Source: an uncultured virus (IMG/VR IMGVR_UViG_3300030110_001396)
Lineage: Duplodnaviria > Heunggongvirae > Uroviricota > Caudoviricetes
Reading direction: 5' to 3' (one strand)
IMG/VR virus record: IMGVR_UViG_3300030110_001396
Length of the DNA: 64,000 bases
Shown here: piece by piece, positions 27,251 to 37,036 of the stretch
Position numbering within the stretch: the stretch's first letter is position 1
How the letters are laid out: every line of letters starts with the position of its first letter
Program-made: the position numbers and the translations under genes
Notes under the pieces: model-generated
The model's database searches: none
The model's input: the letters and a program-made list of their open reading frames with translations, nothing else
Told to the model about the DNA's origin: nothing

Positions 27251-29131
27251 ATGCCTTTACAAAAGTTCCTTTTCCAGCCTGGAATCAATAAAGAAGGAAC
27301 TGCTTATTCTAACGAAGGTGGGTGGTTTGATTCTAATTTAATACGTTTTAGAAAAGGTCTTCCTGAAAAAATAGGAGGTTGGGCTAAATCTAGTTTAGAT
27401 TCTTTTCAATCAACTGCTCGAGGATTACATGGATGGGTTGCTTTAGACGGTAGTAAGTATTTAGGCGTAGGAACGACATGGAAGTATTATGTTTTAGCAG
27501 GTACTTCTTATTACGATATAACTCCTATACGTTCCACTGATGAAAATGTTACAACGTTTTCAGCTACTAACGGTAGTGCTGTTATAACAGCAACAGACAC
27601 AGCTCACGGGGCTGTGGTTAATGATTTTGTAACTATTTCTAACGCGGTTTCTTTAGGAGGTAATATTACTGCTTCTGTTTTAAACCAAGAACATCAAATA
27701 ACTTCTATTCCTACCGCAAATACTTATACGTTTACCGCTTCTGCTACAGCAAACGCTAGTGATTCAGGTAATGGAGGTAGTGCTACGGATGCAGCTTATC
27801 AATTAAATGTGGGTCTAGATGTTTATGTGCCTTCTTCTGGTTGGGGAGCAGGAACATGGGGAGCAGGAACTTTCGGTTCTACTACTGCTCTTAGTTTCGC
27901 TAACCAGTTAAGATTGTGGTCTCATGATAATTTTGGTGAAGATTTAATACTTAATCCTAGGTTTGGTGGAGTTTTTTATTGGGATGAATCAAATGGTTTG
28001 ACCACTCGAGCAGTAGCTCTTTCAGATTTATCGGGGGCTGATCTTGCTCCTACAAAAGCATTACAAGTTATGGTTTCAGATATTGATCGACACGTTATTT
28101 GTTTTGGTGCTGATCCTTTAAATACAGGAGGAACTGCTAGAACGGGAACGATTGATCCTATGTTTATTGCATGGAGTGATCAAGAAAACGCTGCTGTTTG
28201 GAATCCTTTAGCTACTAATACTGCAGGTTCTTTTAGATTATCTGCAGGTTCTTCTATTGTGGGGGCAACTCGAGCTAAACAAGAAATATTAGTTTGGACA
28301 GATACTTCTTTATATTCGATGTCTTTTATAGGACAGCCTTTTACATTCGGCTTAAATTTAGTTAATGAAGGAATAGGTTTAGTTAGTCCTAATGCAATGG
28401 TAAATAGTCCTAAAGGTGTTTTTTGGATGGATAAAAAAGGTTTTTATGGATATAACGGAGCTGTTCAAGAAATACCCTGTACCGTACAAGACTATGTTTT
28501 TAGTGATGTAAATGAAATCCAAGCTTACCAAATTTTTGGTTTTGTGAATAAAGCTTTCGATGAAGTCGGTTGGTTTTATTGTAGTGCTGACGCAACAGTT
28601 ATTGATAAATATGTAGTATTTAATTATGAAGAAAACGTTTGGACTATAGGAACTTTATCAAGAACTGCTTGGATAGACGAAGGTATTTTTGATAATCCGA
28701 AAGCAACATCTTCATCGTCGGATGTAGGTTATTTATATAATCATGAAATAGGTAATGACAATGACGGTAATCCTATGACTAATGTTTTTATAGAGTCAAG
28801 TGATTTTGATATTGATCCAGGAGGAGAAGATTTTCAATTCATTAGTAGAATTATTCCTGATATTAAATTTACAGGAACAGGTTCAACAGGAAATGGCGGA
28901 CAAAGTGTTAATGTTGTTTTAAAACGTAGGAATTTTCCAGGAGAAAGTTTAACAACAGCAGTAACAAGTATTTGTGATTCAGCAACTACTAAAATAGATA
29001 CAAGAGTTAGAGGCAGACAAGCAGTTTTACGCATAGAGTCCGATGATGATGGAGCAGCAGGAAGCACTGAAGGTGTTGGTTTTAGAGTTGGAGCTATGCG
29101 ATTAAACTTTAGACCTGATGGTAGAAGGTAA
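27251..29131 (+). CDS. Tail tubular protein B / head-stabilisation (nozzle)-like protein
   Basis: 626 aa with beta-propeller-like WSD, WTD and FWM motifs; ends in PDGRR. Confidence 0.65.
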   Translation: MPLQKFLFQPGINKEGTAYSNEGGWFDSNLIRFRKGLPEKIGGWAKSSLDSFQSTARGLHGWVALDGSKYLGVGTTWKYYVLAGTSYYDITPIRSTDENVTTFSATNGSAVITATDTAHGAVVNDFVTISNAVSLGGNITASVLNQEHQITSIPTANTYTFTASATANASDSGNGGSATDAAYQLNVGLDVYVPSSGWGAGTWGAGTFGSTTALSFANQLRLWSHDNFGEDLILNPRFGGVFYWDESNGLTTRAVALSDLSGADLAPTKALQVMVSDIDRHVICFGADPLNTGGTARTGTIDPMFIAWSDQENAAVWNPLATNTAGSFRLSAGSSIVGATRAKQEILVWTDTSLYSMSFIGQPFTFGLNLVNEGIGLVSPNAMVNSPKGVFWMDKKGFYGYNGAVQEIPCTVQDYVFSDVNEIQAYQIFGFVNKAFDEVGWFYCSADATVIDKYVVFNYEENVWTIGTLSRTAWIDEGIFDNPKATSSSSDVGYLYNHEIGNDNDGNPMTNVFIESSDFDIDPGGEDFQFISRIIPDIKFTGTGSTGNGGQSVNVVLKRRNFPGESLTTAVTSICDSATTKIDTRVRGRQAVLRIESDDDGAAGSTEGVGFRVGAMRLNFRPDGRR

Positions 29132-29463
29132 TGTCTAAACTTTTACAAACTAAATTACCTGTTTCTATTGGAGAGATATCTTCTGAAACTTTTAATCGTT
29201 TAGTAAGAGTTTTAGAATTAAGTTTAAATAGAGTTGATATAGATGCAACACTATCGGTAAACGAAACACAACGTAATGAAAATAAATTTAACAATGGCGA
29301 TATCATATGGAATCTTTCTACTAACCAATTACAGCTGTGGAATGGTGAAACATGGATAGATTTATATTCTGGCAACGAAAAAGGAATTCAAGCCGTAGCA
29401 CAGATAGGCAATATAACTGTGGCTACTGGTGGAGCTACTTCAATAGAACTGGGGATAAATTAA
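29131..29463 (+). CDS. Tail-associated hypothetical protein
   Basis: GDIIWN.ST.QLQLWNGETW fibre-like motif; coupled to the previous gene. Confidence 0.65.
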   Translation: MSKLLQTKLPVSIGEISSETFNRLVRVLELSLNRVDIDATLSVNETQRNENKFNNGDIIWNLSTNQLQLWNGETWIDLYSGNEKGIQAVAQIGNITVATGGATSIELGIN

Positions 29464-29465
29464 AT

Positions 29466-29912
29466 ATGGATATTAATAAATTAAGAGAAGAGTTAGAGTT
29501 TGACGAAGGTTGTATATATGAAATTTATAATGATCATTTGGGTTATCCTACTTTTGGTATTGGTCACCTTGTACTTGAAAGCGATCCCGAACACGGAGAA
29601 CCCGTTGGAACCCCAATATCAAAGGAACGAGTTATCGAATGTTTTGAAAAAGATATAGAGTCTGTATTCGCTGATTTAGAAAGAAATATGCCTTGGGCGT
29701 CTGATCAACCTGAAGATATAAAACGTGTATTAGCTAATATGTGTTTTAATTTAGGTATTACAAGGTTATTAAAATTTCAAAAGTTTTTAACTGCAATAGA
29801 AAAACAAGATTGGAATACTGCTGCAGTTGAGATGATGGATAGTCGTTGGGCTACCCAAGTAGGACCTCGTGCGACTAGGTTAAGAGATAGAGTTCTAAAA
29901 GGAGGACTATAG
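29466..29912 (+). CDS. Lysozyme (GH24/T4-lysozyme-like) endolysin
   Basis: DEG...YNDHLGYPTFGIGH...NMCFNLG...EMMDSRWATQV..RA.RL; start at 29466. Confidence 0.9.
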   Translation: MDINKLREELEFDEGCIYEIYNDHLGYPTFGIGHLVLESDPEHGEPVGTPISKERVIECFEKDIESVFADLERNMPWASDQPEDIKRVLANMCFNLGITRLLKFQKFLTAIEKQDWNTAAVEMMDSRWATQVGPRATRLRDRVLKGGL

Positions 29913-29914
29913 AA

Positions 29915-30037
29915 ATGAAAAAAGCAAAATATATGAGAAAAGGCGGAGCTTTAAAAAGTTCTAAATATAAGAAAAAAGGCGGTTCTAAAAAACGTACGAT
30001 GAAAAGCTCTAAAAAGAGAAGTAACAAGAAGAAGTAA
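29915..30037 (+). CDS. Small Lys-rich basic protein (40 aa, not in ORF track)
   Basis: GGAGG SD; MKKAKYMRKGG...SNKKK*. Confidence 0.6.
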   Translation: MKKAKYMRKGGALKSSKYKKKGGSKKRTMKSSKKRSNKKK

Positions 30038-30712
30038 GTGCCTTCTCTAATAAGTAACATCCCACATTTCAAATGTTGGGTGCGAAGAGAGTTTACCGCG
30101 AATCATACAAAATATCATGGAGAGTTTCTTCATGCAATAGCTTTCGCTGTTAATACGATACCTGATAGGTCTTTATCGTTTCAAGTTGTTTTTACAGGGT
30201 GTGAAACAGAATACGATGATTGGGATGAAGGTAATATTCACGGTGGAGCTATGTGGGCTAGAATGCCTATACAAGGTTTAATTGCCGATATACCTGTTGA
30301 AGAATGGGCAGAACCTATGGAAGATCATATAGCTCAACCATGGGATTGTGAAGCAAGAAATCATTCTGTAATAGTTATGGATAGAGTTAGTTCTAGTCCA
30401 TGGCTTTGCAAAATCGATGGAAAGTTCTATACTGGTAAATATATGTTCACTGTGGACTATACAGGAAACGCCATTGCGGATTGTCCTGCACAACACAAAC
30501 AATCTCATGTATTATATATTACAGAAGATTGCAAATGGAAAGGTAACTTAGTTGCTTTACCTAACAACAGGGTAAGAGCCACAAGTCCTGCTTTATGGGT
30601 GACGGGTGAAGGAGCCCCTGATTTTATTCCTTCCCAACATCTTCATTCAGCGGAAGGACATGAAAGCTATTTAGACCCTGCTATAACTTTTAATAATTTA
30701 TACGAGGATTAA
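30038..30712 (+). CDS. Hypothetical protein (globular, unknown function)
   Basis: 224 aa; GGAMWARMPI, PWDC, HKQSHV and ALPNNRVR. Confidence 0.75.
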   Translation: MPSLISNIPHFKCWVRREFTANHTKYHGEFLHAIAFAVNTIPDRSLSFQVVFTGCETEYDDWDEGNIHGGAMWARMPIQGLIADIPVEEWAEPMEDHIAQPWDCEARNHSVIVMDRVSSSPWLCKIDGKFYTGKYMFTVDYTGNAIADCPAQHKQSHVLYITEDCKWKGNLVALPNNRVRATSPALWVTGEGAPDFIPSQHLHSAEGHESYLDPAITFNNLYED

Positions 30713-30713
30713 T

Positions 30714-30902
30714 ATGGCTAATAGAAAAAAGACCCATAAGACTAAAGACGGTCGAACAGCTAAAAAAGGTTTATATTACAATATAAACAAAAAACGTAAA
30801 GAAGGCAGAAAAATGCGAAAGAAAGGAGCTAAAGGTGCTCCGACCGCAGCAGCCTTTAAACGTTCCGCTAAGACCGCTAAGAAGCGTAAAAAGAAAAAGT
30901 AA
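30714..30902 (+). CDS. Small basic protein
   Basis: K/R-rich; GLYYNINKKR...GAPTAAAF. Confidence 0.7.
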   Translation: MANRKKTHKTKDGRTAKKGLYYNINKKRKEGRKMRKKGAKGAPTAAAFKRSAKTAKKRKKKK

Positions 30903-31177
30903 TGGCTAAGCCTAAGAAACGCAAAGAAAAGTCTATACGACGTACTACGAAGGGTAAGGGAGCTAACTTCCGATCTACTAAGTCTGGTGCAGGTATGACT
31001 AAAAAAGGCGTAGCGGCTTATCGACGTAAAAATCCTGGGTCAAAACTAAAAACAGCGGTTACAGGTAAAGTTAAACGAGGCAGTAAAGCAGCAAAAAGAC
31101 GTAAATCATTCTGTGCTAGATCGAAAGGCTGGAAAGGTGAACGAGGTAAAGCGGCTAGAAGAAGGTGGAAATGTTAA
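30902..31177 (+). CDS. Small basic protein
   Basis: K/R-rich; NPGSKLK...RRKSFCAR...RRRWKC. Confidence 0.7.
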   Translation: MAKPKKRKEKSIRRTTKGKGANFRSTKSGAGMTKKGVAAYRRKNPGSKLKTAVTGKVKRGSKAAKRRKSFCARSKGWKGERGKAARRRWKC

Positions 31178-31609
31178 ATGTATGAATATAATTGCACAGT
31201 TACTAGGGTGGTTGATGGCGACACTATTGACGTTATCCTTGATCTTGGGTTTTCTGTTCTTCACAAGTGTCGTGTACGTCTTTATGGGATTGATACGCCT
31301 GAATCAAGAACCAGAGATAAAGACGAAAAAGCCAGAGGTAAACTTGCGGCTAAATTCTTAGAAGATTCAATTAACAACGGTAAAGTAGTTGTTTTACAAT
31401 CTAAACTTAAAGACTCTAAAGGTAAATATGGACGGGTTTTAGGAGCTGTTATTGTAGACGGTGTAGATATTAATGAAGAAATGATTACTAAGTTTCTTGC
31501 TGTTAAATATTTTGGTCAAAGCAAAACGGATATCGAAGCTGAACATTTAGAAAATAGATTAAAATTAATAGAATTAGGGCAGTTTGACCCTACTACAATA
31601 GGTAAATAA
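31178..31609 (+). CDS. Thermonuclease (SNase-like)
   Basis: RVVDGDT...RVRLYGIDTPE...KYGRVLG. Confidence 0.9.
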   Translation: MYEYNCTVTRVVDGDTIDVILDLGFSVLHKCRVRLYGIDTPESRTRDKDEKARGKLAAKFLEDSINNGKVVVLQSKLKDSKGKYGRVLGAVIVDGVDINEEMITKFLAVKYFGQSKTDIEAEHLENRLKLIELGQFDPTTIGK

Positions 31610-31610
31610 T

Positions 31611-31994
31611 ATGAATGACGGACAAGGTAGGTTTGGCGGAGATATGGATCGTAATGAAGTTGAGATGGATCTCAACAAATTTATGGCGATGATACAAGAA
31701 ATATCTGATCTTAAAGATAAAATTAGAGATCTTGAGGCTGATGATAAAGTAAACCCCCATCAAAAATGGATTCATTTAGCTAAAGCAGTAGATTCATGGC
31801 GTATTTTTCCAAGGGCTTTTTTAACTGTTTATATTGTATTACTATACAAATGCACTATTTGGTTTATGGAATTGCCAGAACCTACGTTTGAACAATCGGG
31901 TCTTATTTCTATTGTTGTTGGTGCAGGAGCTGCTTGGTTTGGTTTGTATGCGGGAACAACAGGCAGTAGTAAACAGTTTAAAGGCGAAGATTAA
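31611..31994 (+). CDS. Membrane protein, holin candidate
   Basis: Coiled coil followed by two TM helices (WRIFPR..., GLISIVVGAGAAWFGLY). Confidence 0.55.
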   Translation: MNDGQGRFGGDMDRNEVEMDLNKFMAMIQEISDLKDKIRDLEADDKVNPHQKWIHLAKAVDSWRIFPRAFLTVYIVLLYKCTIWFMELPEPTFEQSGLISIVVGAGAAWFGLYAGTTGSSKQFKGED

Positions 31995-33097
31995 TGAACA
32001 AAGAAAGAACATATTCTTGGATTTTTCTTATGACAGCAATATTTGCTGTTACTTTATTTTCTGTTGTTGTAAACGCTCAGTCTAGCCAACAGTCTGGTAC
32101 AGCCTGTACGAATGGCTCTCAGTATTGTGAAAATAATAGTTTAGACACTACTAATACAACAACGACCACCAACACCAACACGAATACCAACACGAATACC
32201 AACACGAATACCAACACCAACACGAACAACAATACTAATACCAACACAACGACCACGACTGCAACAAACACAAATTCGAACACAAACCAGAATACCAACG
32301 TGAATACCAACGTGAATACTTCGACAGCAACTTCGACTTCGAATAATACAAATACGAATAACAATGTGAACACTTCGACATCGACATCTACTGTAAATTC
32401 AACAGTAAATCAAAACGTTAATAATACAAACACTTCGAATTCTACAAGCAACAACACTAATTCCAACACTAACATAAACCAATCGACTTCAGATTCGAAC
32501 GTTACAACAGATAATACCAACACAAACAATAACAACACAAAGTCTGATAATACGAATCGAAACATAAATGAATCGAATAGTACGCAAACGATTAACCAAA
32601 ACGTAAAAAGTGAAGCCCCTCCTGCTTCTGCGATAGCTCCTAGTATTATGTCTTACTCACAAGACCTCTGTACAACAGGTGTCTCAGGAGCTTTTCAAGG
32701 ACAGGTGTTTGGTTTATCTGGTGGTAAAACTATTGTTGATGAAAACTGTGAAAGGTTAAAACTATCTAAATATTTGTATGATATGGGAATGAAAGTAGCA
32801 TCGGTTGCATTGCTCTGTCAAGACGAAAGAGTGTTTAAAGCTATGTCGATGGCAGGTACGCCTTGTCCGTATAATGGTAAAATTGGTAAAGAAGCTACTG
32901 TAGCATGGGAACAAAACCCACAAAAAAGACCTGATAAAGATGACGCTTTAGAAGAATACATTGCTCAATGTACCCACGAATCTAATCCAAACAGAGCTAA
33001 AATCAATAAAGATGTTGTAGGTTTAGTTAAGAAAACTTATACACGAAAAACTAAAACAGCTAAACAATGCAAAAAAGAGTTTTATTCTACGCATTAG
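31994..33097 (+). CDS. Exported protein with Thr/Asn-rich repeat region and Cys-containing C-terminal domain
   Basis: Signal peptide ending VNA-Q; about 160 aa of T/N/S low complexity; PPASAIAP...DLC...NCERLK...LLCQD...GTPCP. Confidence 0.8.
   Translation: MNKERTYSWIFLMTAIFAVTLFSVVVNAQSSQQSGTACTNGSQYCENNSLDTTNTTTTTNTNTNTNTNTNTNTNTNTNNNTNTNTTTTTATNTNSNTNQNTNVNTNVNTSTATSTSNNTNTNNNVNTSTSTSTVNSTVNQNVNNTNTSNSTSNNTNSNTNINQSTSDSNVTTDNTNTNNNNTKSDNTNRNINESNSTQTINQNVKSEAPPASAIAPSIMSYSQDLCTTGVSGAFQGQVFGLSGGKTIVDENCERLKLSKYLYDMGMKVASVALLCQDERVFKAMSMAGTPCPYNGKIGKEATVAWEQNPQKRPDKDDALEEYIAQCTHESNPNRAKINKDVVGLVKKTYTRKTKTAKQCKKEFYSTH
32161..32600 (+). repeat. Coding Thr-Asn low-complexity repeat
   Basis: Includes three tandem ACCAACACGAAT units (32174-32209). 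Confidence 0.85.
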
Positions 33098-35316
33098 GGT
33101 GTTTAGTTAGTTTTAATGTATTAGGACAGTATACATACGAAGCTAATCAAGACCTTTACGACCTTAATGCTAATGCTAATAACTTCAACGGTGAATTAGC
33201 ATACGAGGTATCTGATGATGGAATTAGTCCTGCGATTAATCTTTCTTTTAATTTTACTTTTTATGGCTCTACATTTAGCCAAGCGAGAATGGCAACGAAT
33301 GGATGTCTCCATTTTGGTAATAGCGGTAGCTATTGTAATGACTATACTCCTGACCCTATTAACGGACAACACACTTATACCATATACGCTTTCTGGACTG
33401 ATCTCATAAGAGATAACAATTCTCGTATGAAATCTTGGGGCGATTCTAGCAAGATGATTTTTGGTTGGTACAATTTACGAGAATACAATAGAAGTAATAC
33501 AGACAATAGTCTTGAAATAATACTTTGGAATAACAACTCTTTTGATATACGTTATGGAGCATTAAATATTATTAATCATGATGTTCTTATAGGCGAAGTA
33601 GGGGCGAATAAAACTAATTCTTATACGTATTATTATCATGATGAATGTAGTACAGGTACAACTAACAGTTCTAGTTGTGTAAATACTAATTGGAATAATA
33701 TAACGATGAATACAACATTAGAAAACGGGGGTTCTTTATACGGTTCAGGTAGCGGTAATGGAATTGATTGTAGCGATCCGTTAAACGATAGTAGTTGTTC
33801 AGGTTACGCAGACGCTTACCTCACACAACAATGTAATATTACGCAGTTACATAGTGAATCTTGTCCTAATTATTGGGAAGCTTATGATGATCAGCAATGT
33901 GCAGACGATCCACAATACGCACCATTTTGCCAAGGTTATAGACAAGAAGAATCCGTAGCTTTTTTTGACGATACTAACGTAGATTATGGTTTTGTAGATG
34001 AGCAAGAACAGTTTGCTACGGGTGCTTTTACCGATAGCCAACATGACGATAACTTAGGGTTTGACGATCCTATAGAAATCATAGAGATATTCGAAGAAGA
34101 AATGTTTCCACCTTTTGAGGAGTTCGGAGATAACCCTAATGATTATTTCGAAGACCCTTTTGTAGAAGAATTTGTTATTTTTTATGAACCAGAGCCTTTA
34201 CCTTTTATTGATACTTTTAGTCCTCGTCATGACGAACCTTTCCATCAAGACGAAGTATTAATAGATGAGTTTATATTCCAAGAAACATTTTTAGTAGAAG
34301 ATTATAGCGAACCTGAAACATTTATTGAATTTAATAATGTAGAAGAACTGGAGGAGTGGTTTGAAGAAGAAACTAATGAACGTTTTGAAGAACGAATTGA
34401 AGAAGAACTTGCTGATCTTGATGAACCAGAAGAAGAATTTATTGAAGAAATCTTCGAAGAAGAGGTCGTAGAAGAAGTATTCGAAGCGATTGAAGAACGT
34501 ATAGCAGAAGCTGAAATAGAAGAAGAAAGAATCGAAAGAGAAGAAATCGTAGAGGAGTTCGAAGAAGTTTTTGAAGAAGAGTTTCAAACTGCAGAAAGAG
34601 AAGAAGCTACAGGTAAGAGTTCTATTAGTAGGGATATAGCTTTACGAGTTGTTTCTTCTACGATAGCTACAGCTACACAAAGTGTAAGTGGTACAAACGC
34701 AGGTAATAGTATTCACGCTACGGGTAATAGTGCGGCTTCTGGTAACGCTGTAAGTAATAGTTCTACAGGAGCTTCGTCAGGTAACGCAGGTATAAGTACG
34801 ACTAGTTCTCCAAGTATGTCAGACCAGTTTGCTTCCGCTACGGTACAAACAAATCAAATATTAGATATGAGTTCTATGTCTGTTTCTGGTTCTTCTACCA
34901 GTGATTCTATGAGTTCAACAGACGTTAATACTTCGGTTGTTGTCGTTAACGTAAATACTAATACGGTACAAGACCAAATAGATACATCAATTAATTCCAT
35001 GGATACATCATCAGATACAGATACTACAGTAGAAGATTTAATTGCACAAAATTTACAAACCGCACAAGAAGAAGTAGAAGCTCAACAAGAAGAAACAGGT
35101 GAATACGGTTCAGAAGATACAATTATTGCGTATATGGGTTTTGTTCCTGGATTTAATACTTATGAGAAGGTTTTAATGGTAGATCAAGATCAATGGTATA
35201 CGTCTAGAACCATCTATACTGAGACGATGCCTGATAATATAAACGCTTTTTATGGACTTGCGGGTAGTAATATAAGCAAAATGAACGATATAATAAAATT
35301 ACAACCACCGTTATAG
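33067..35316 (+). CDS. Large exported protein with nidogen (NIDO)-like N-domain, Cys repeats and Glu-rich stalk
   Basis: Signal peptide; DDG.S..I.L.F.FTFYG..F....TNG...IYAFWTDL; C..DP....C.GY repeats; very acidic middle. Confidence 0.7.
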   Translation: MQKRVLFYALGCLVSFNVLGQYTYEANQDLYDLNANANNFNGELAYEVSDDGISPAINLSFNFTFYGSTFSQARMATNGCLHFGNSGSYCNDYTPDPINGQHTYTIYAFWTDLIRDNNSRMKSWGDSSKMIFGWYNLREYNRSNTDNSLEIILWNNNSFDIRYGALNIINHDVLIGEVGANKTNSYTYYYHDECSTGTTNSSSCVNTNWNNITMNTTLENGGSLYGSGSGNGIDCSDPLNDSSCSGYADAYLTQQCNITQLHSESCPNYWEAYDDQQCADDPQYAPFCQGYRQEESVAFFDDTNVDYGFVDEQEQFATGAFTDSQHDDNLGFDDPIEIIEIFEEEMFPPFEEFGDNPNDYFEDPFVEEFVIFYEPEPLPFIDTFSPRHDEPFHQDEVLIDEFIFQETFLVEDYSEPETFIEFNNVEELEEWFEEETNERFEERIEEELADLDEPEEEFIEEIFEEEVVEEVFEAIEERIAEAEIEEERIEREEIVEEFEEVFEEEFQTAEREEATGKSSISRDIALRVVSSTIATATQSVSGTNAGNSIHATGNSAASGNAVSNSSTGASSGNAGISTTSSPSMSDQFASATVQTNQILDMSSMSVSGSSTSDSMSSTDVNTSVVVVNVNTNTVQDQIDTSINSMDTSSDTDTTVEDLIAQNLQTAQEEVEAQQEETGEYGSEDTIIAYMGFVPGFNTYEKVLMVDQDQWYTSRTIYTETMPDNINAFYGLAGSNISKMNDIIKLQPPL

Positions 35317-35326
35317 GAGAATTACT

Positions 35327-35686
35327 ATGGATTGGTTTCAAAATAAAACAACACAAATAATAGCTCTTGTAGGTATTGTTTCAACTCTTGCAGGGTTCGG
35401 CTACACAGGTGCTACTTATGTTAATCGTATTGCTAATCTAGAAGCTAAGATTGGTGGTATAGGTGAAGCTGAAGATGAAATGAAAGTTATAGAAGAACGT
35501 TTCGCTTCAATAGAGACATCTGTACAGTTTTTAGAAAAAAGTATTGACGGTATAGCTGTTCCAGATGTTACTGAAATTAAAACAGATATAGCTACGATTA
35601 AAGCTGATTTAGAAAGCTTAGATGATAACCTGCGTAAAGTAGAAACTAAATTAGATAAAAAGGACGATAATCCATTAAACGGATAA
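35327..35686 (+). CDS. Membrane-anchored coiled-coil protein
   Basis: N-terminal TM helix then heptad repeats; ends DNPL. Confidence 0.75.
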   Translation: MDWFQNKTTQIIALVGIVSTLAGFGYTGATYVNRIANLEAKIGGIGEAEDEMKVIEERFASIETSVQFLEKSIDGIAVPDVTEIKTDIATIKADLESLDDNLRKVETKLDKKDDNPLNG

Positions 35687-35868
35687 TGAAAGTTTTCATT
35701 ACAGAATTCAAACACGACGGACTTTTTTACGAAGGTCCTAATATTGTAGCAGAATCTTTCGAAGCCGCAGAGAAAACTGCGGAGTTATATTCAGTAAATG
35801 TGGTCGGTATGCTTGACGTAATTATCACCGATCACAACGAAGATGACTATAAAAGGGTTTTACATTAG
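35686..35868 (+). CDS. Small hypothetical protein
   Basis: TAATG coupling; YEGPNIVAESF. Confidence 0.65.
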   Translation: MKVFITEFKHDGLFYEGPNIVAESFEAAEKTAELYSVNVVGMLDVIITDHNEDDYKRVLH

Positions 35869-35963
35869 CCCTTTCTTTGATATATAATCAAAGTTCAGCT
35901 ATTGTGCTGCAGTTTACGGGGTGAGCTATAACTCGCAAAACGTTTATATACGCTGAGGAAACA

Positions 35964-36071
35964 ATGGTTGGAGTTGATAAAAAGACATACAAAAAGAATA
36001 AAGGTCGTCGTTCTGACTTCGTAATTTATTCGTCTAAAGGCAAGAAAACAAAAGCTAGGAGTCGATTCTAA
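35964..36071 (+). CDS. Small basic protein (35 aa, not in ORF track)
   Basis: GAGGA SD; stop overlaps the ATG at 36071. Confidence 0.5.
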   Translation: MVGVDKKTYKKNKGRRSDFVIYSSKGKKTKARSRF

Positions 36072-37033
36072 TGTCTATACCTTGGGGTCCGATTATTAGT
36101 GCGTTAGCTACTATAGGAACAGCTAAATACGCTAGTAATACACGTAACGATCCTAAAGCCGCTATTGGTAGTGGTACAGCACCTACATTACAACCTGGAG
36201 GAGATATTCAAGTTGTTCCTGTTGAAGGCAGTGATGTACAAGATTTCGGTGATTTCGAAGTTGAGAATATGGCAGAGCCAGAAAATTTAACCGAAGAAGA
36301 AAAATTTTTAATGATGTTACAAGAATCAGGAGTTGATCCAGAAGGTTTATTAAGTTTAGGGTTTGGTGGACCTGTTCAAAATAAAAATAATGGAGGAGGA
36401 CTTTTTGATTTATTCCCAGACTTAGCAATAGATTTTAAACAATACGCTGATTCAGTTGATTTTGCAAACCCTATAATGGAAAAACCTTTAGAAGAAACCA
36501 TGGTAGATCAGATAGCACAACAAGAAGCTAGTGAAAACGGTGTAGGAAAAATAACCATTGATGATGTTGAAACTCCTGAAGTAGGACAAGAACAAACAGG
36601 AATACAAAAATTTGCTAATATATATGCAACAAATCCTGAATTGTTTGAAACGGGAGTAGGTTCGTTAACTAAAGTTCTTGCTACTTTAATGACTGATCCA
36701 CCTAAACAAGCAGGTAGTATGGTTAGAACACAAACACTTCCAGGAAATTCAGCACGTAGAAGATCAGCACAAATGAATATACAACCGATTGGCGGTTCTA
36801 AAGTTACGTTTGCTAATCAAGGTAAAGCCTTACAAAGACCGATGTTTATGCCTCACGGAGGACAGATGAGAGGTCCAGGAGGTCCTAAAGACGACCTTAT
36901 ACCTGTAATGGCAAGTAATGGTGAATATATGCTTTCTAAAGCTGCTGTTGATGCAGCAGGTGGTGGTAGTCATGCTAAAGGTTTAGCTCGTTTAGACGCG
37001 TTTAATAAAATGGGAAATCAAAGATACGGATAA
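36071..37033 (+). CDS. Probable internal virion/ejection protein
   Basis: C-terminal GG..RGPGGPKDDLIPVMASNGEYML motif. Confidence 0.6.
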   Translation: MSIPWGPIISALATIGTAKYASNTRNDPKAAIGSGTAPTLQPGGDIQVVPVEGSDVQDFGDFEVENMAEPENLTEEEKFLMMLQESGVDPEGLLSLGFGGPVQNKNNGGGLFDLFPDLAIDFKQYADSVDFANPIMEKPLEETMVDQIAQQEASENGVGKITIDDVETPEVGQEQTGIQKFANIYATNPELFETGVGSLTKVLATLMTDPPKQAGSMVRTQTLPGNSARRRSAQMNIQPIGGSKVTFANQGKALQRPMFMPHGGQMRGPGGPKDDLIPVMASNGEYMLSKAAVDAAGGGSHAKGLARLDAFNKMGNQRYG

Positions 37034-37036
37034 TTT

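Noticed and set aside
32119..34587. Hydrophobic minus-strand ORFs (32119-32373, 34291-34587)
   Set aside because: Antisense read-outs of the Thr/Asn and Glu repeats, not real membrane proteins.
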